A stretch of 64,000 nt of DNA from an uncultured Alphaproteobacteria bacterium (lineage in GTDB: Bacteria; Pseudomonadota; Alphaproteobacteria; JAJFIK01): contig CAZLPU010000002.1 in the NCBI GenBank assembly GCA_964561475.1, positions 20,707 through 84,706 of the forward strand, in the 5' to 3' direction. Positions 11,296 through 21,162 of this stretch are shown in pieces; position 1 is the first letter of the stretch; each line of letters begins with the position of its first letter. The position numbers were made by a program, and so were the translations under genes. The notes under the pieces were generated by a model. That model made no database searches, was not told the DNA's origin, and saw only the letters and a program-made list of their open reading frames with translations.

Positions 11296-12144
11296 TCAAT
11301 TCCAATCGAGATAGTTCGCGACGATGTCATCCTCGTCACGAAAAAACCGGAAGAACGAGGGGTATTGGCGCTCCAGAAAATCGCGCTTGGCCTCGATGCG
11401 CAGATTGAGCATCTGCCGGCGGGCAAAAAGCCAGCCCTCGATGGCAATCCCCAGGATCACAAGGATCCACGCCCCTCCATAAACATAAATCGGCTCTGCG
11501 AGAGAGGCGTAATCTACAAACCCGCCACCGAGCAAAATCAGAATGCCCGGTGTGGCAATAATATATTGGATGATGGAGAACTGGCGCTCCCGTTCGCGGA
11601 TCAGGTCCATGTAATCGGTGTAATCCTTACCGATCAGCCGCACCAATTCGGACATTCTGACTTTCTCAAGTCCCGGGGGGAACTCGGTCCGTTTGTATGA
11701 GGCTAGAAGATCCGCAGTCCGTGCTTCGATATCGGCGGAATAGACCCGCTCGTCGTTTGGGGTCGTGGTCTTGAGCCGCTTGATGATCCGCGCCATGGCG
11801 GGGTCGGCACAATCCCCGGCCCACTCGAACAGATTGACATGGAGGCTGGCGTTGAATGGCGGGTGAAGGGCGCAATCCTCGATCCGGCAGGACACCAGCT
11901 TGTCTTCATCGAAGGCGATCATGGCCTCGGAATTGACCCAGCGGCTGTTTACCGAGCTGCGGGACCAGATCACCAGAACCGCCCGGGATGCATCCAGTTC
12001 CTGGCGGATCATGGCGAGAAAATTGTCCCCGATTTCGATCCCGTCGTCATACCAGACCGACAGGCCGGCTGCCCGGATGCAGTCCGCGATCCGGGCCACG
12101 GTTTCCCGGTCCTCGTGCTTGTAACTGATGAATACGTCCGCCAT
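11296..12144 (-). CDS. TIR domain protein with two C-terminal transmembrane helices
   Basis: DVFISYKHED...VWYD...AVLVIWSRSSVNSRWVNSEA (TIR_2 with catalytic-position Glu). Hydrophobic segments IIQYIIATPGILILLGGG and IYVYGGAWILVILGIAIEGWLF. Confidence 0.88.
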   Translation of the reverse strand: MADVFISYKHEDRETVARIADCIRAAGLSVWYDDGIEIGDNFLAMIRQELDASRAVLVIWSRSSVNSRWVNSEAMIAFDEDKLVSCRIEDCALHPPFNASLHVNLFEWAGDCADPAMARIIKRLKTTTPNDERVYSADIEARTADLLASYKRTEFPPGLEKVRMSELVRLIGKDYTDYMDLIRERERQFSIIQYIIATPGILILLGGGFVDYASLAEPIYVYGGAWILVILGIAIEGWLFARRQMLNLRIEAKRDFLERQYPSFFRFFRDEDDIVANYLDWN

Positions 12145-12149
12145 GGCCC

Positions 12150-13595
12150 CTACTCTCCCCAGCCTTGTCCGACCAGGGCCTGCCCGAGCATCTCAGGCCC
12201 AAGGCCGCCGCGGATCGCCGTGATCCTCCGGCGCGTCTGGGCCACTTCATCCCGGCGGATCGGAATGAGCCCCATGCCGTCCGCCCCGCCTTCCGGGTTC
12301 TGCGCATCACCCACGATGTTGAAGCGGTTGGGCACCATGGACAGGGCGTCCACAGAGAACAGACTGAACAGGAACCAGCCCAGGGGATCCACGCCCCTCA
12401 ATTCCGGGCGCCGCTCCGCACCCTGTGCATTGAGCGCAAAGGCACGGGCATGGCGCTCCTTGACATAAAGAAAGAGCGGGCGGGTCAGGGGATAGCGTTC
12501 CTCGCGCATGGCGGTCTGGGACGGCTCCACGCCATCGATGGCAACAGTCCCCAGGCCAAAATCCCGGCCCTGGCGGTTATAGGACAGGGAACTGACGATA
12601 CCGATTGCCGGGCCACTGATCCGCTCCAGGAACGACAGGTCGTCCTCTGACTCCGTGGGGAACCAGGCATTATCTGCACCGGGACGGACCTCATCGCGCA
12701 GAGCGGAGACCCGCCGGTGGAACCCGGCCGGATCCGCCCCGGCAAGATCGCGCATGCAGGGCACGGTCATGGCGCCGGCCCTGAGCGCCTTCTCCACGAA
12801 GATGGCGCGGGTCCCGGACTTCGCACCGGGGCCCGTCATCCGGATGGGCCAGGCTCGGCCATCCAGGCGGATGGCACGCCCGGCGACCTGGCTCCATGTC
12901 GTATAGGGATTATCCACGAACTCGCAGGAACCGGTGGCATACAGATCCGCAGGGACCTGTTCCGCCAGGGCGAGATAGAGATCCCTCGAGGTCAGGTTCA
13001 AGGTGCCGTTGCGGGCCTCGGTGACGAGCACCACCGCGTCATAACCGAATTTGAGTTCAGCAATCGGACCAATCCCCGCATTCCGGCATTCCTGGAGAAC
13101 AGCCTCGTTCAAGGGTGCGGACATGGCCACGAGATCGAAGGCGCCGGAACCCTTCAGGCAGAATTCACTGCGGGCCCCCACGGAGCCGATCGACTTGTAT
13201 TCAAAAAGCTCTTCCTGACGGAACTGAAAGACCGGCGCGGCGGGTCCCGAACCGGCTTCAGCACCCCGGAACCGCCGGGAAATGTCCCGGTTGATGTCGT
13301 CCCGGACCGCTTCCTTCACCACAAAGATGATGGGACGGATGGAGGAGGATCCCCCGAAGCGGACCTTGATCCGGTTGATCTCCGGCAGACAGGCATCACC
13401 GCACACCATGCCCAGGGACTGGATCCCCAGACAACAGTCGAGCCACCGGCACAGGCTCTGGCGCAAATCCGACCAGTACACCGCCAGGGCCGCCAGCAGG
13501 CTCAATGTCAGGAACAGCCAGAACCGGCTGCGGCGTCTGCGCGGTTTTGTTCCTTTTTTCCCGCGCTTGGCGCCCAAGTCACCCCCTTGGGTCAT
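12150..13595 (-). CDS. Divergent PstS-like substrate-binding protein with an N-terminal membrane anchor
   Basis: GGSSSIRP, ELKFGYDAVVL, GPGAKSGTRAIF and YPLTRPLFLYVK resemble alphaproteobacterial PstS. Basic N-terminus plus TM segment FWLFLTLSLLAALAVYW. Confidence 0.8.
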   Translation of the reverse strand: MTQGGDLGAKRGKKGTKPRRRRSRFWLFLTLSLLAALAVYWSDLRQSLCRWLDCCLGIQSLGMVCGDACLPEINRIKVRFGGSSSIRPIIFVVKEAVRDDINRDISRRFRGAEAGSGPAAPVFQFRQEELFEYKSIGSVGARSEFCLKGSGAFDLVAMSAPLNEAVLQECRNAGIGPIAELKFGYDAVVLVTEARNGTLNLTSRDLYLALAEQVPADLYATGSCEFVDNPYTTWSQVAGRAIRLDGRAWPIRMTGPGAKSGTRAIFVEKALRAGAMTVPCMRDLAGADPAGFHRRVSALRDEVRPGADNAWFPTESEDDLSFLERISGPAIGIVSSLSYNRQGRDFGLGTVAIDGVEPSQTAMREERYPLTRPLFLYVKERHARAFALNAQGAERRPELRGVDPLGWFLFSLFSVDALSMVPNRFNIVGDAQNPEGGADGMGLIPIRRDEVAQTRRRITAIRGGLGPEMLGQALVGQGWGE

Positions 13596-13814
13596 GTCCC
13601 ACCTCTCATGATGCGGATCATGGTTTGGCCCCGGCGAAACCGCCCACGGTCCGCGCCGTTCCGCCCGTCGCCAGGTCCCGCGTACGGCGCAAAGGACCAT
13701 GGCTTGACCAAGCCTGCAAGCACAGGATGAGCGGCCTCACCGGGGCCATGACCGGCCCCGGATTGACGACGCGCAAAAAAGGTGGAGACAGAGAGCGTTA
13801 GACGAACCGGGCGC

Positions 13815-14714
13815 TCAGTCCTTCTGTTTGGACTGTTCTTCGATGAGCTGTTCGATCCGGGCCTGGGCCTCTTCCTGGGTGAAGCCCAGCATGGCAAGGA
13901 TGGGGCTCTCCGCGCCCCGGTTCCAGGAATGGGGATGGCCCGAAGTGAGCCCCCCATCCACGACAAAATGCTGTCCCGTGACGAAAAAACTTTCCTGGCT
14001 TGCCAGGAACAGGGCCGTATTGGCGATGGCATCGGGGGATCCGGCCACGGGCAGGGCCTGCATATAGGGGCCGAATTCCGTCTCGATGCGGGCAGCCAAT
14101 TGGTCGGAGGAGTTCCGGTCCAGACCGATGGAGTCCCCGAATATGGACGTGGCGATCAAGCCCGGGCAGATGGCGTTCACCCGTATGCGCATCTGGGCCA
14201 GATCCATGGCTGCGGCCTTGGAGAAATGGATAACCGCGGCCTTGGCCGTGGAATAGGCCGTCGGCCCCCAGCCCGCCTGAAGCCCCGCAATGGATGCGGT
14301 ATTGATAATGGAGCCGCCGCCACGGGCCTTCATGTGGGGCACGGCAAATTTGGTGCCCGCCGCCACGGACCGGACGAGGAGATTGAAGGTCCAGTCCCAG
14401 GCCTCCATGCTCACTTCATCGATGGCGCCAAGGCCGCCACCGGCACCGGCATTGTTGAACACCACGTCCAGACCGCCGAACCGGTCGGCGGCACCGTCAA
14501 TCAGAACACGGATATCCTCGACCCGGGTCACGTCACAGCGGGTATAGGTGACCCGGCCGGGAAACCGTTGCTCCAGAATGGCGCCCTTTTCATCCTGAAT
14601 GTCGCCCACGGCCACCGACGCGCCCTCGGCCACGAACCGTTCAACCGCCGCAAGCCCGATTCCGGAACAGCCCCCGGTGATGACCGCAATCTTGTTCTCC
14701 AACGCATCAGCCAT
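13815..14714 (-). CDS. SDR family oxidoreductase
   Basis: TGGCSGIG, NNAG, YSTAK and IRVNAICPG motifs. Confidence 0.93.
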   Translation of the reverse strand: MADALENKIAVITGGCSGIGLAAVERFVAEGASVAVGDIQDEKGAILEQRFPGRVTYTRCDVTRVEDIRVLIDGAADRFGGLDVVFNNAGAGGGLGAIDEVSMEAWDWTFNLLVRSVAAGTKFAVPHMKARGGGSIINTASIAGLQAGWGPTAYSTAKAAVIHFSKAAAMDLAQMRIRVNAICPGLIATSIFGDSIGLDRNSSDQLAARIETEFGPYMQALPVAGSPDAIANTALFLASQESFFVTGQHFVVDGGLTSGHPHSWNRGAESPILAMLGFTQEEAQARIEQLIEEQSKQKD

Positions 14715-15056
14715 GGTTCATCCTCCCTTGTCGTGATTGCCTTGTTGCGGGATCCAGACCATCAGTCCTCGCCCGATCTCTCCTGGTATTTGCATGGACC
14801 CAGCGTGAACCGGCGCTGGCACCATTTCAAGCGGCCTGAAGGGTGCGCCCCTTCTGCCCTCGGGCGCGGGGCCGTCTTCTATGACCAGACTTCTGTGATG
14901 GGACATGGAAGACTGGTGAGATCAGGCCGGCCGGGCCGGAGGCGCGCCCGTAAACCGGGTATAGACGAACCGCCCCCCGACCCCGTGGAGACGGCCTGGA
15001 CGGGGACGAAGTCTCCAGCGATAGTTTGCGTGTGATGCTTCAGGAAGGAGAATGCC

Positions 15057-16262
15057 GTGAGTGGACCAGACCTTGGCTCGGACGAGAAGGAATTCCGGGA
15101 TTATGCCCGCCGCTGGCTGTCGGAGAATGCGCCGCCGCCGCCGCCCGAGCGCCTGCCGATCACGCCCATCGAGGTGATGACCACGGGACAGCGGGATTAT
15201 CTCCAGGCCTGGCAGCGCAAATGCTATGACGCAGGGCTCATCGGCACGGACTATCCGGTCGAATATGGCGGGCGCGGCAAAACCGGGTTCCAGCGGATCG
15301 CGAACCAGGAAATGAGCCGCGCGCGGGTGCCGTTCCTCATCAATATCGTGGGTCTGAGCATGGCCGCGCCCACGATCATGGTCCACGGCACCGAGGAACA
15401 GAAGCGCAAGTTCATTCCCGGTTGTCTCACGGGCGAAGAGATCTGGTGCCAGGGCTTCTCAGAACCCAGTGCCGGTTCCGATCTGTCCAACCAGCGGACC
15501 TCTGCGGTGCGCGACGGGGATGACTGGATCGTCAACGGACACAAGGTCTGGACGAGCCTGGGCCATTTCGCCAAGTGGATGATCCTGGTGACCCGCACCA
15601 GCAACGACCACAAATACAACGGACTGACCTATTTCCTCTGTCCGATTTCCGGACATCCGGGCGTCACGGTCCGCCCCCTGGTGAAAATTACCGGCGAGAC
15701 CGGTTTCAACGAAGTATTCTTCGAGGATGTCCGTGTTCCCGATGCCAACCGGCTCGATGAGGTGGGCAAGGGCTGGTCCGTGGCGATGACCACGCTCACC
15801 GCAGAACGGGGCGCAGCGGAAGGCGCGGGCAGTGGCGGCGGCGACGGTCCCGGCGATGTCCAGCGCCTGATCGAATTGGCCCGCAGCACCTGGCGCAGCG
15901 GCATTCCGGCCTCGGACGACCCGGTCACGCGGGACAGGATCATTCAGTGTGCGATCATGGGAGAAGGCATCCGCCAGAACGCCCGGCGCGCCCGGGTGCC
16001 CGCCCTGTGCGACCATCCCATGCGCCTGCCGCTTCAGCAGAAAGTATCGGCCACGGAGTTCACCCAACAGTCGGCGCGGCTTGGTGTAGAGATCGCCGGG
16101 GCCCATTCCACCCTCTACAAGCTCGACCCGCGTGCGCCGGGCTCCGGCCACTGGCCCCTTGCATATCTCAATTCCTACGGCAACACGATTGCTGCGGGCA
16201 CGAACGAAATCCAACGCAATATTCTGGGCGAGCGCGTTCTCGGCCTGCCAAAGTCGAAATAG
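15057..16262 (+). CDS. Acyl-CoA dehydrogenase (catalytic-type subunit)
   Basis: WCQGFSEPSAGSDL, NGHKVWTS, FNEVFF and IAAGTNEIQRNI motifs. Confidence 0.93.
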   Translation: MSGPDLGSDEKEFRDYARRWLSENAPPPPPERLPITPIEVMTTGQRDYLQAWQRKCYDAGLIGTDYPVEYGGRGKTGFQRIANQEMSRARVPFLINIVGLSMAAPTIMVHGTEEQKRKFIPGCLTGEEIWCQGFSEPSAGSDLSNQRTSAVRDGDDWIVNGHKVWTSLGHFAKWMILVTRTSNDHKYNGLTYFLCPISGHPGVTVRPLVKITGETGFNEVFFEDVRVPDANRLDEVGKGWSVAMTTLTAERGAAEGAGSGGGDGPGDVQRLIELARSTWRSGIPASDDPVTRDRIIQCAIMGEGIRQNARRARVPALCDHPMRLPLQQKVSATEFTQQSARLGVEIAGAHSTLYKLDPRAPGSGHWPLAYLNSYGNTIAAGTNEIQRNILGERVLGLPKSK

Positions 16263-16272
16263 GAGGACGGGA

Positions 16273-17445
16273 ATGTCCAGCACACTGAACGCGCCGAGGG
16301 ATTTCGGCTTCGGTGAAGACGAGGCCATGCTGCGGGATGTCGCCCGCAAGATGCTCGATGAACGCCTGCCCCTGGAAAAGCTCCGGCGGCTTGTGGCGGA
16401 AGCGCCCGAGCCCATCTACGATGCCGGTGAACGTGTCCCCTGGGACGAACAGCTCTGGGCGGAAATTGTCGCCCTTGGGTGGACGGGCCTTGCAATCGGC
16501 GAGGATGAGGGCGGTGCGGGCATCTCCCTTGTCGGGATCGCGGGGATGATGGAGGAAGTGGGCCGCCATGCCCTGCCCTCGCCCATCCTACCGACGCTGT
16601 CGTCCAGTCTCGTACTGCGGGCCGCCGGCGGCGACGTGGCCCGCCAGCTCATGACACGGATCGCAGGCGGCGCCACGGCAAGCCTTGCGATCACCGACGA
16701 TCGCGGCAGCTGGGAGCCCGAGGACGCCCCCCTTCTGGCCTTCCAGGAGTCCGGTGATCTGGTCATTCAGGGCACAGCCCGGTTCGTCCAGGAGGCCTTG
16801 AAGACGGATATCTTTATTGTCAGTGCCCGGATCGGAGGTGAGGTCCTGCTGTGCGCCGTGGACAGGGATGCGGAGGGGCTGACCATCGAGCCCGATCACA
16901 TCCACGACCTGACCCGGGATCAGGCCAGCCTGCATTTCGATGGCGTCCGGGTGGGTGCGGACCGGATCATCACCAATGACGGCCCCGCCGCTCTGCGCTC
17001 CGCCTGGCCGGGGCTGCTTGTCCTGGTTTCAGCGGATCTATGCGGCGCCAGCGAATGGCTTCTCCAGACGACGGTGGAGTATGCCCGGGACCGGGTCCAG
17101 TTCGACCGGCCTATCGGCTTTTTCCAGGCGGTCAAGCACCCGCTGGTCAATGCCATGTTGGAAATCGACCGGGCAAGGTCCCTGCTCTATCATGCGTGTG
17201 CAGAGATTGATGCCGGTTCTAGCAATGGGGAAACGGCGGCCCGCATGGCCAAAAGTGCAGCCTCCGATGCAGCCGGTTTCATTTCGGACCGGGCGATCCA
17301 GCTCCACGGCGGGATCGGTTTCACCTGGGAGTACGGGCTGCACATCTACTTCAAGCGGAACCTGCACAACCAGGCCCTTCTGGGCGACGGGGTGTATCAG
17401 CGCAAGAAGCTTGCGGACGTGATGATCGGCCCCATCGGCTCATGA
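16273..17445 (+). CDS. Acyl-CoA dehydrogenase (partner-type subunit)
   Basis: RVQFDRPIGFFQAVKH and IQLHGGIGFTWE motifs. AGGAGG RBS; starts 10 nt after the preceding stop. Confidence 0.92.
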   Translation: MSSTLNAPRDFGFGEDEAMLRDVARKMLDERLPLEKLRRLVAEAPEPIYDAGERVPWDEQLWAEIVALGWTGLAIGEDEGGAGISLVGIAGMMEEVGRHALPSPILPTLSSSLVLRAAGGDVARQLMTRIAGGATASLAITDDRGSWEPEDAPLLAFQESGDLVIQGTARFVQEALKTDIFIVSARIGGEVLLCAVDRDAEGLTIEPDHIHDLTRDQASLHFDGVRVGADRIITNDGPAALRSAWPGLLVLVSADLCGASEWLLQTTVEYARDRVQFDRPIGFFQAVKHPLVNAMLEIDRARSLLYHACAEIDAGSSNGETAARMAKSAASDAAGFISDRAIQLHGGIGFTWEYGLHIYFKRNLHNQALLGDGVYQRKKLADVMIGPIGS

Positions 17446-17684
17446 CCTAACCATCAGGGCAAAGAGTGAAACCTGCATATCCAGCCAAGGCGGCGTCCGG
17501 CCGGTATCTGGACGCTGCCTGAACACCCCTCCGGGCCTCTCGGCCTCGGGACACGGTTCCCAGAAGGCCGGAACGGGCCTACCATCACAGTCCGGATCGG
17601 GGGCACGGGTCCATCTGCGCACCCCCTTCCGGTCCAAGACACAAGTCCGGCCCAAGCCGGGCATGAAATGGGAGGAAGTGGGCG

Positions 17685-18158
17685 ATGTCGGAAGTGGAAA
17701 CGGAATTCCTGTTCGAGATGCAGGCGGAACTGGAAGCAGTGCCGAACTTTGTCGGCGCCTCGCCGGAAGGCACCCGCCTGATCGCCAATGTGGCCGGGGG
17801 CACCTTCCAGGGGCCGAAAATCAAAGGCACGATTGCCCCCAGCGGCGCGGACTGGCTGCTGATCCGGGCGGACGGCTCCATGAAGATCGATGTCCGGGCC
17901 GTCATGGTCGCCGAGGACGGGACCAATATCTATGCAACCTATGGCGGACGCATCGTCATGCCGCCGGATGTGGCCCAACTCATGGGCGACCGGGAGGCCA
18001 TCAGCGCGATCGATCCATCCCGCTATTATTTCCGTACAGCACCCATGTTCGAAGTGGCCATGGAGTCATCCCACGCCTGGCTCAACGGCATCGTGGCCGT
18101 CGGCGTCGGGAGACTGACCAGCAAAGGCGTCACCTATCGGATCCACGCCGTAAAGTAA
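17685..18158 (+). CDS. DUF3237-like protein
   Basis: GGTFQGP, GADW, DVR and YYFRTAPMFE...WLN pattern; GGAGG RBS. Confidence 0.85.
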   Translation: MSEVETEFLFEMQAELEAVPNFVGASPEGTRLIANVAGGTFQGPKIKGTIAPSGADWLLIRADGSMKIDVRAVMVAEDGTNIYATYGGRIVMPPDVAQLMGDREAISAIDPSRYYFRTAPMFEVAMESSHAWLNGIVAVGVGRLTSKGVTYRIHAVK

Positions 18159-18191
18159 CCGGATCCGCCCCTTGATCAATGGGAGGCAGCC

Positions 18192-19316
18192 ATGACCGGC
18201 CAATCAGGCAACGGTACCGGCGGAAAGGGCAGCGGCAAGGAGGTGGCTGCGTCCATCTCCGGGCTGCTTCCGCCGCTGATCGGGGCCATGGAAGCCCTGG
18301 AAATCGTGGCCCGTCACCTCCATCCCCCCAGTCTGCCGGATCTTGTCCGGCATCTGCGCCCGGTGGAAGAGCCCCTCAGCAAGGCGCTCGAAACCATGAG
18401 GCGGGCGCCCTGGCCGGACCGGCTCCTGCCCGTGCGGGAACGGCTGGATGTGGCAGGTGCGCTCCTGGTCGAATGTCATAAGGCCATCCGCCTGGCCGCC
18501 GCCGATCCCCAGGGGGTGCTCCAGGTCTACCGGACCCTGGGCAAGGCCACCACCGCCCAGGAAGTGCTCTATCCCCTTGGCGCGGTTCTCGCCCCACTCA
18601 ATCAGTTCTTCGTGGAACCGGCGAGGCGCAACAACACACGCCTCCTGGAGGCGCTCTCCGTCGGTGGGCGGACCAAAAAGCGGGTTGGGCTCCATCATGG
18701 GGGGGATGATCCGGCGGACCGGGGCAGCTTTGCGCTCTATATCCCCGAGACCCATGAGCCCGACCGCCCGAGCCCTGCCATCGTGGCCCTCCATGGCGGT
18801 GGCGGCAATGGCAGGCGTTTTCTCTGGTCCTGGCTGCGGGAAGCCCGCTCCCGGGGTGCCCTTCTGATCTCTCCCACATCCGTCGGCGATACATGGTCTC
18901 TTCAGGACCCGGAAATTGACGTGACCCGGCTTCTGGAAATCCTGGCTCAGGTGGCCGAGGAATGGACCATCGACCCCAACGCTCTTCTGCTTACAGGCAT
19001 GAGCGACGGGGGCACGTTCACCTATCTGGCGGGGCTGGAGCCGAACACCCCCTTTACCCATCTGGCGCCGGTCGCGGCCAGCTTCCACCCGATCCTGCTT
19101 GAGATGATCGACCGCAGGCAGATCATCGGCAAACCTATGTACCTTGTCCATGGTGCCCTGGACTGGATGTTCCCGGTCTCCATGGCAAGGGAGGCCCATG
19201 TGGCCTTCGAGCGGTCCGGTGCACAGATCACCTACCGGGAAATTCCCGACCTCTCCCACACCTATCCGAGAGAGGAGAACAGCCGCATTCTGGATTGGAT
19301 GCTCGGACAATCCTGA
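18192..19316 (+). CDS. Phospholipase/carboxylesterase-type alpha/beta hydrolase with an N-terminal helical extension
   Basis: ALHGGGG, GMSDG nucleophile motif, HGALDWMFP and SHTY. Confidence 0.85.
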   Translation: MTGQSGNGTGGKGSGKEVAASISGLLPPLIGAMEALEIVARHLHPPSLPDLVRHLRPVEEPLSKALETMRRAPWPDRLLPVRERLDVAGALLVECHKAIRLAAADPQGVLQVYRTLGKATTAQEVLYPLGAVLAPLNQFFVEPARRNNTRLLEALSVGGRTKKRVGLHHGGDDPADRGSFALYIPETHEPDRPSPAIVALHGGGGNGRRFLWSWLREARSRGALLISPTSVGDTWSLQDPEIDVTRLLEILAQVAEEWTIDPNALLLTGMSDGGTFTYLAGLEPNTPFTHLAPVAASFHPILLEMIDRRQIIGKPMYLVHGALDWMFPVSMAREAHVAFERSGAQITYREIPDLSHTYPREENSRILDWMLGQS

Positions 19317-19412
19317 CCTCCGGGAGGCATGGCGGCGAAACAGCCATGTAAGAATTGGGGCCTGCGAAAAGCGCGGAGCACGGTGTGTGCTGATCAAAGC
19401 GGACTTTGGATC

Positions 19413-19655
19413 ATGGGTCATCGGCGCAGCCTTCTGAAAACTCTTTGCACAGACCAGGACAGCCGCTGCTTCTACTGCGGCCGGACCATGACCTGGTCCA
19501 TCGGTAACCGGATGGCCACGGCGGATCATTACACGCCCTTGTCCAAGGGCGGCGCCAATGATCAATCCAACATCGTGGCGGCCTGTTATCGCTGCAACCA
19601 GTGGAAGGGGGATGAGGACGGCCCGTCCTTCGAGGCCCGCATGCGCCGGTCCTGA
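19413..19655 (+). CDS. Small HNH endonuclease domain protein
   Basis: CFYCG...TADHYTPLSKGGANDQSNIVAACYRCNQWKG. Alternative start at 19329. Confidence 0.82.
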   Translation: MGHRRSLLKTLCTDQDSRCFYCGRTMTWSIGNRMATADHYTPLSKGGANDQSNIVAACYRCNQWKGDEDGPSFEARMRRS

Positions 19656-19731
19656 TCCCCTTGCAACCGGTGCCTTCGCCGGTGCACGCTGTCAGGCAGT
19701 GACACCCCATGCAGCGAAGGCAGGTGGCGAC

Positions 19732-20874
19732 ATGGCAACGAGGGCCCCTGAACTCACCCTGGGGATCGAGGAAGAATATCTGTTGGTGGACCCGGTGACC
19801 CGGGATCTGGCCAGCCGCCAGCCGCCCGGCTTCATGGCCTTGTGCGAGGCCCAAGTGGGGGCCCGGGTCACCCATGAATTTCTCCAGTCCCAGGTGGAAA
19901 TCGGCACCGCCCCCTGTCGCACCATTCCGGAAGTGGCCGCGGAACTCCGGGAACTGAGGCTCACCATCGCCGCCTGCGCCGCCGAGTTCGGCATGGGGCT
20001 GATCGCGGCCTCCACCCACCCCTGGGCGCCCTGGCATACCCAGGTGCCCGTGGAACTGGAGCGCTACCGGCTTCTGACGGACCTCCATCAGGGTCTGGCC
20101 CGGCGCATGGTCATCTGCGGCATGCATGTTCATGCGGGGATCAGCGACAAGGACCTGCAAATCGACCTGATGAACCAGGTTGTCTATTTCCTGCCCCACC
20201 TGCTGGCCCTGACCACCTCATCCCCGTTCTGGGAAGGCCATGACACGGGCCTGAAAGCCTTCCGGCCCAGCGTGTTCGGCAACCTGCCCCGCTCCGGCCT
20301 GCCGGAACAACTGGACGGGTTCGGGGACTGGCAGGAGATGCTGGACCTGATGGCGGAGACCGGCCTGTGCGAGGACGCCACCAAGATCTGGTGGGACATC
20401 CGCCCCAGCGCCCGCCACCCGACCCTTGAGATGCGGATCTGCGATATCTGCACGAATTTCGACGATGCCATCTGCATCGCCGCCCTGTACCAGTCCATTC
20501 TCGCCATGCTGTGGGATCACAAGGCCAACAATCTGGTCTGGCGGGAGTACCGACGCATCTTCTTGGCGGAAAACAAGTGGATCGCCCAACGCTACGGCAT
20601 CGACGGCAATCTTGCCGATCTGGGTCAGCGCAAGCGCACCGCCATGGCCGATCTGACGGAAGAACTGATCACCATGCTCGCTCCCTATGCGGAGCGCCTG
20701 GACTGCCTCAAGGAAGTGCAGCACGCCAGGGAAATCGTCCGCAGAGGGACGAGCGCTGACCGCCAGCTTGAGGTCTACCGGGCAGCCCTGGCCGAGGGCG
20801 CCGATCCCCATGAGGCACAAATGCAGGTGGTGGACTGGCTGATGAAAGCCTCCCTCGAAGGCCTGGTGCCCTGA
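19732..20874 (+). CDS. Carboxylate-amine ligase (YbdK/GCS2 glutamate-cysteine ligase-like)
   Basis: LGIEEEY, QVEIGT, GMHVH, SSPFW, WWDIRP and LEMRICD motifs. Confidence 0.93.
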   Translation: MATRAPELTLGIEEEYLLVDPVTRDLASRQPPGFMALCEAQVGARVTHEFLQSQVEIGTAPCRTIPEVAAELRELRLTIAACAAEFGMGLIAASTHPWAPWHTQVPVELERYRLLTDLHQGLARRMVICGMHVHAGISDKDLQIDLMNQVVYFLPHLLALTTSSPFWEGHDTGLKAFRPSVFGNLPRSGLPEQLDGFGDWQEMLDLMAETGLCEDATKIWWDIRPSARHPTLEMRICDICTNFDDAICIAALYQSILAMLWDHKANNLVWREYRRIFLAENKWIAQRYGIDGNLADLGQRKRTAMADLTEELITMLAPYAERLDCLKEVQHAREIVRRGTSADRQLEVYRAALAEGADPHEAQMQVVDWLMKASLEGLVP

Positions 20875-20931
20875 TCCGCATCCCGATTTGCCGGGCAGGA
20901 TCCAGGGCCGCCGATGGGCGGTGAGGCAGGG

Positions 20932-21162
20932 TCAGCGGTCATCTGTGTCGGCAAAGTCGGCCTCATCCAAATCCCATGGGGCACCATCCGACGCCTCCCG
21001 CCTCATCAAGTGCTGAGTGAGCATCTTCTTGTACCGGCGCTGACGGCGACGAGCGGCAGTGGAGGATGCTCGCCACCCTTCCCGCTTGTCGTGTACCGCG
21101 TCTTCCAGATCCCGGGCATCCAGCACCTGGCGGGCACTTTTTGGTGAGGTTCTTTTGGTCAT
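20932..21162 (-). CDS. Small basic hypothetical protein
   Basis: MTKRTSPKSARQVLDARDLEDAVHDKREGWRASSTAARRRQRRYKK fills the gap between genes; no family recognised. Confidence 0.5.
   Translation of the reverse strand: MTKRTSPKSARQVLDARDLEDAVHDKREGWRASSTAARRRQRRYKKMLTQHLMRREASDGAPWDLDEADFADTDDR

Noticed and set aside
12150-13595. Calling this gene canonical pstS
   Set aside because: No pstCAB nearby, divergent motifs, insertions and an atypical anchor, so the symbol is withheld.
19413-19655. HNH as a sign of a mobile element or prophage
   Set aside because: No integrase, transposase, terminal repeats or phage genes nearby.
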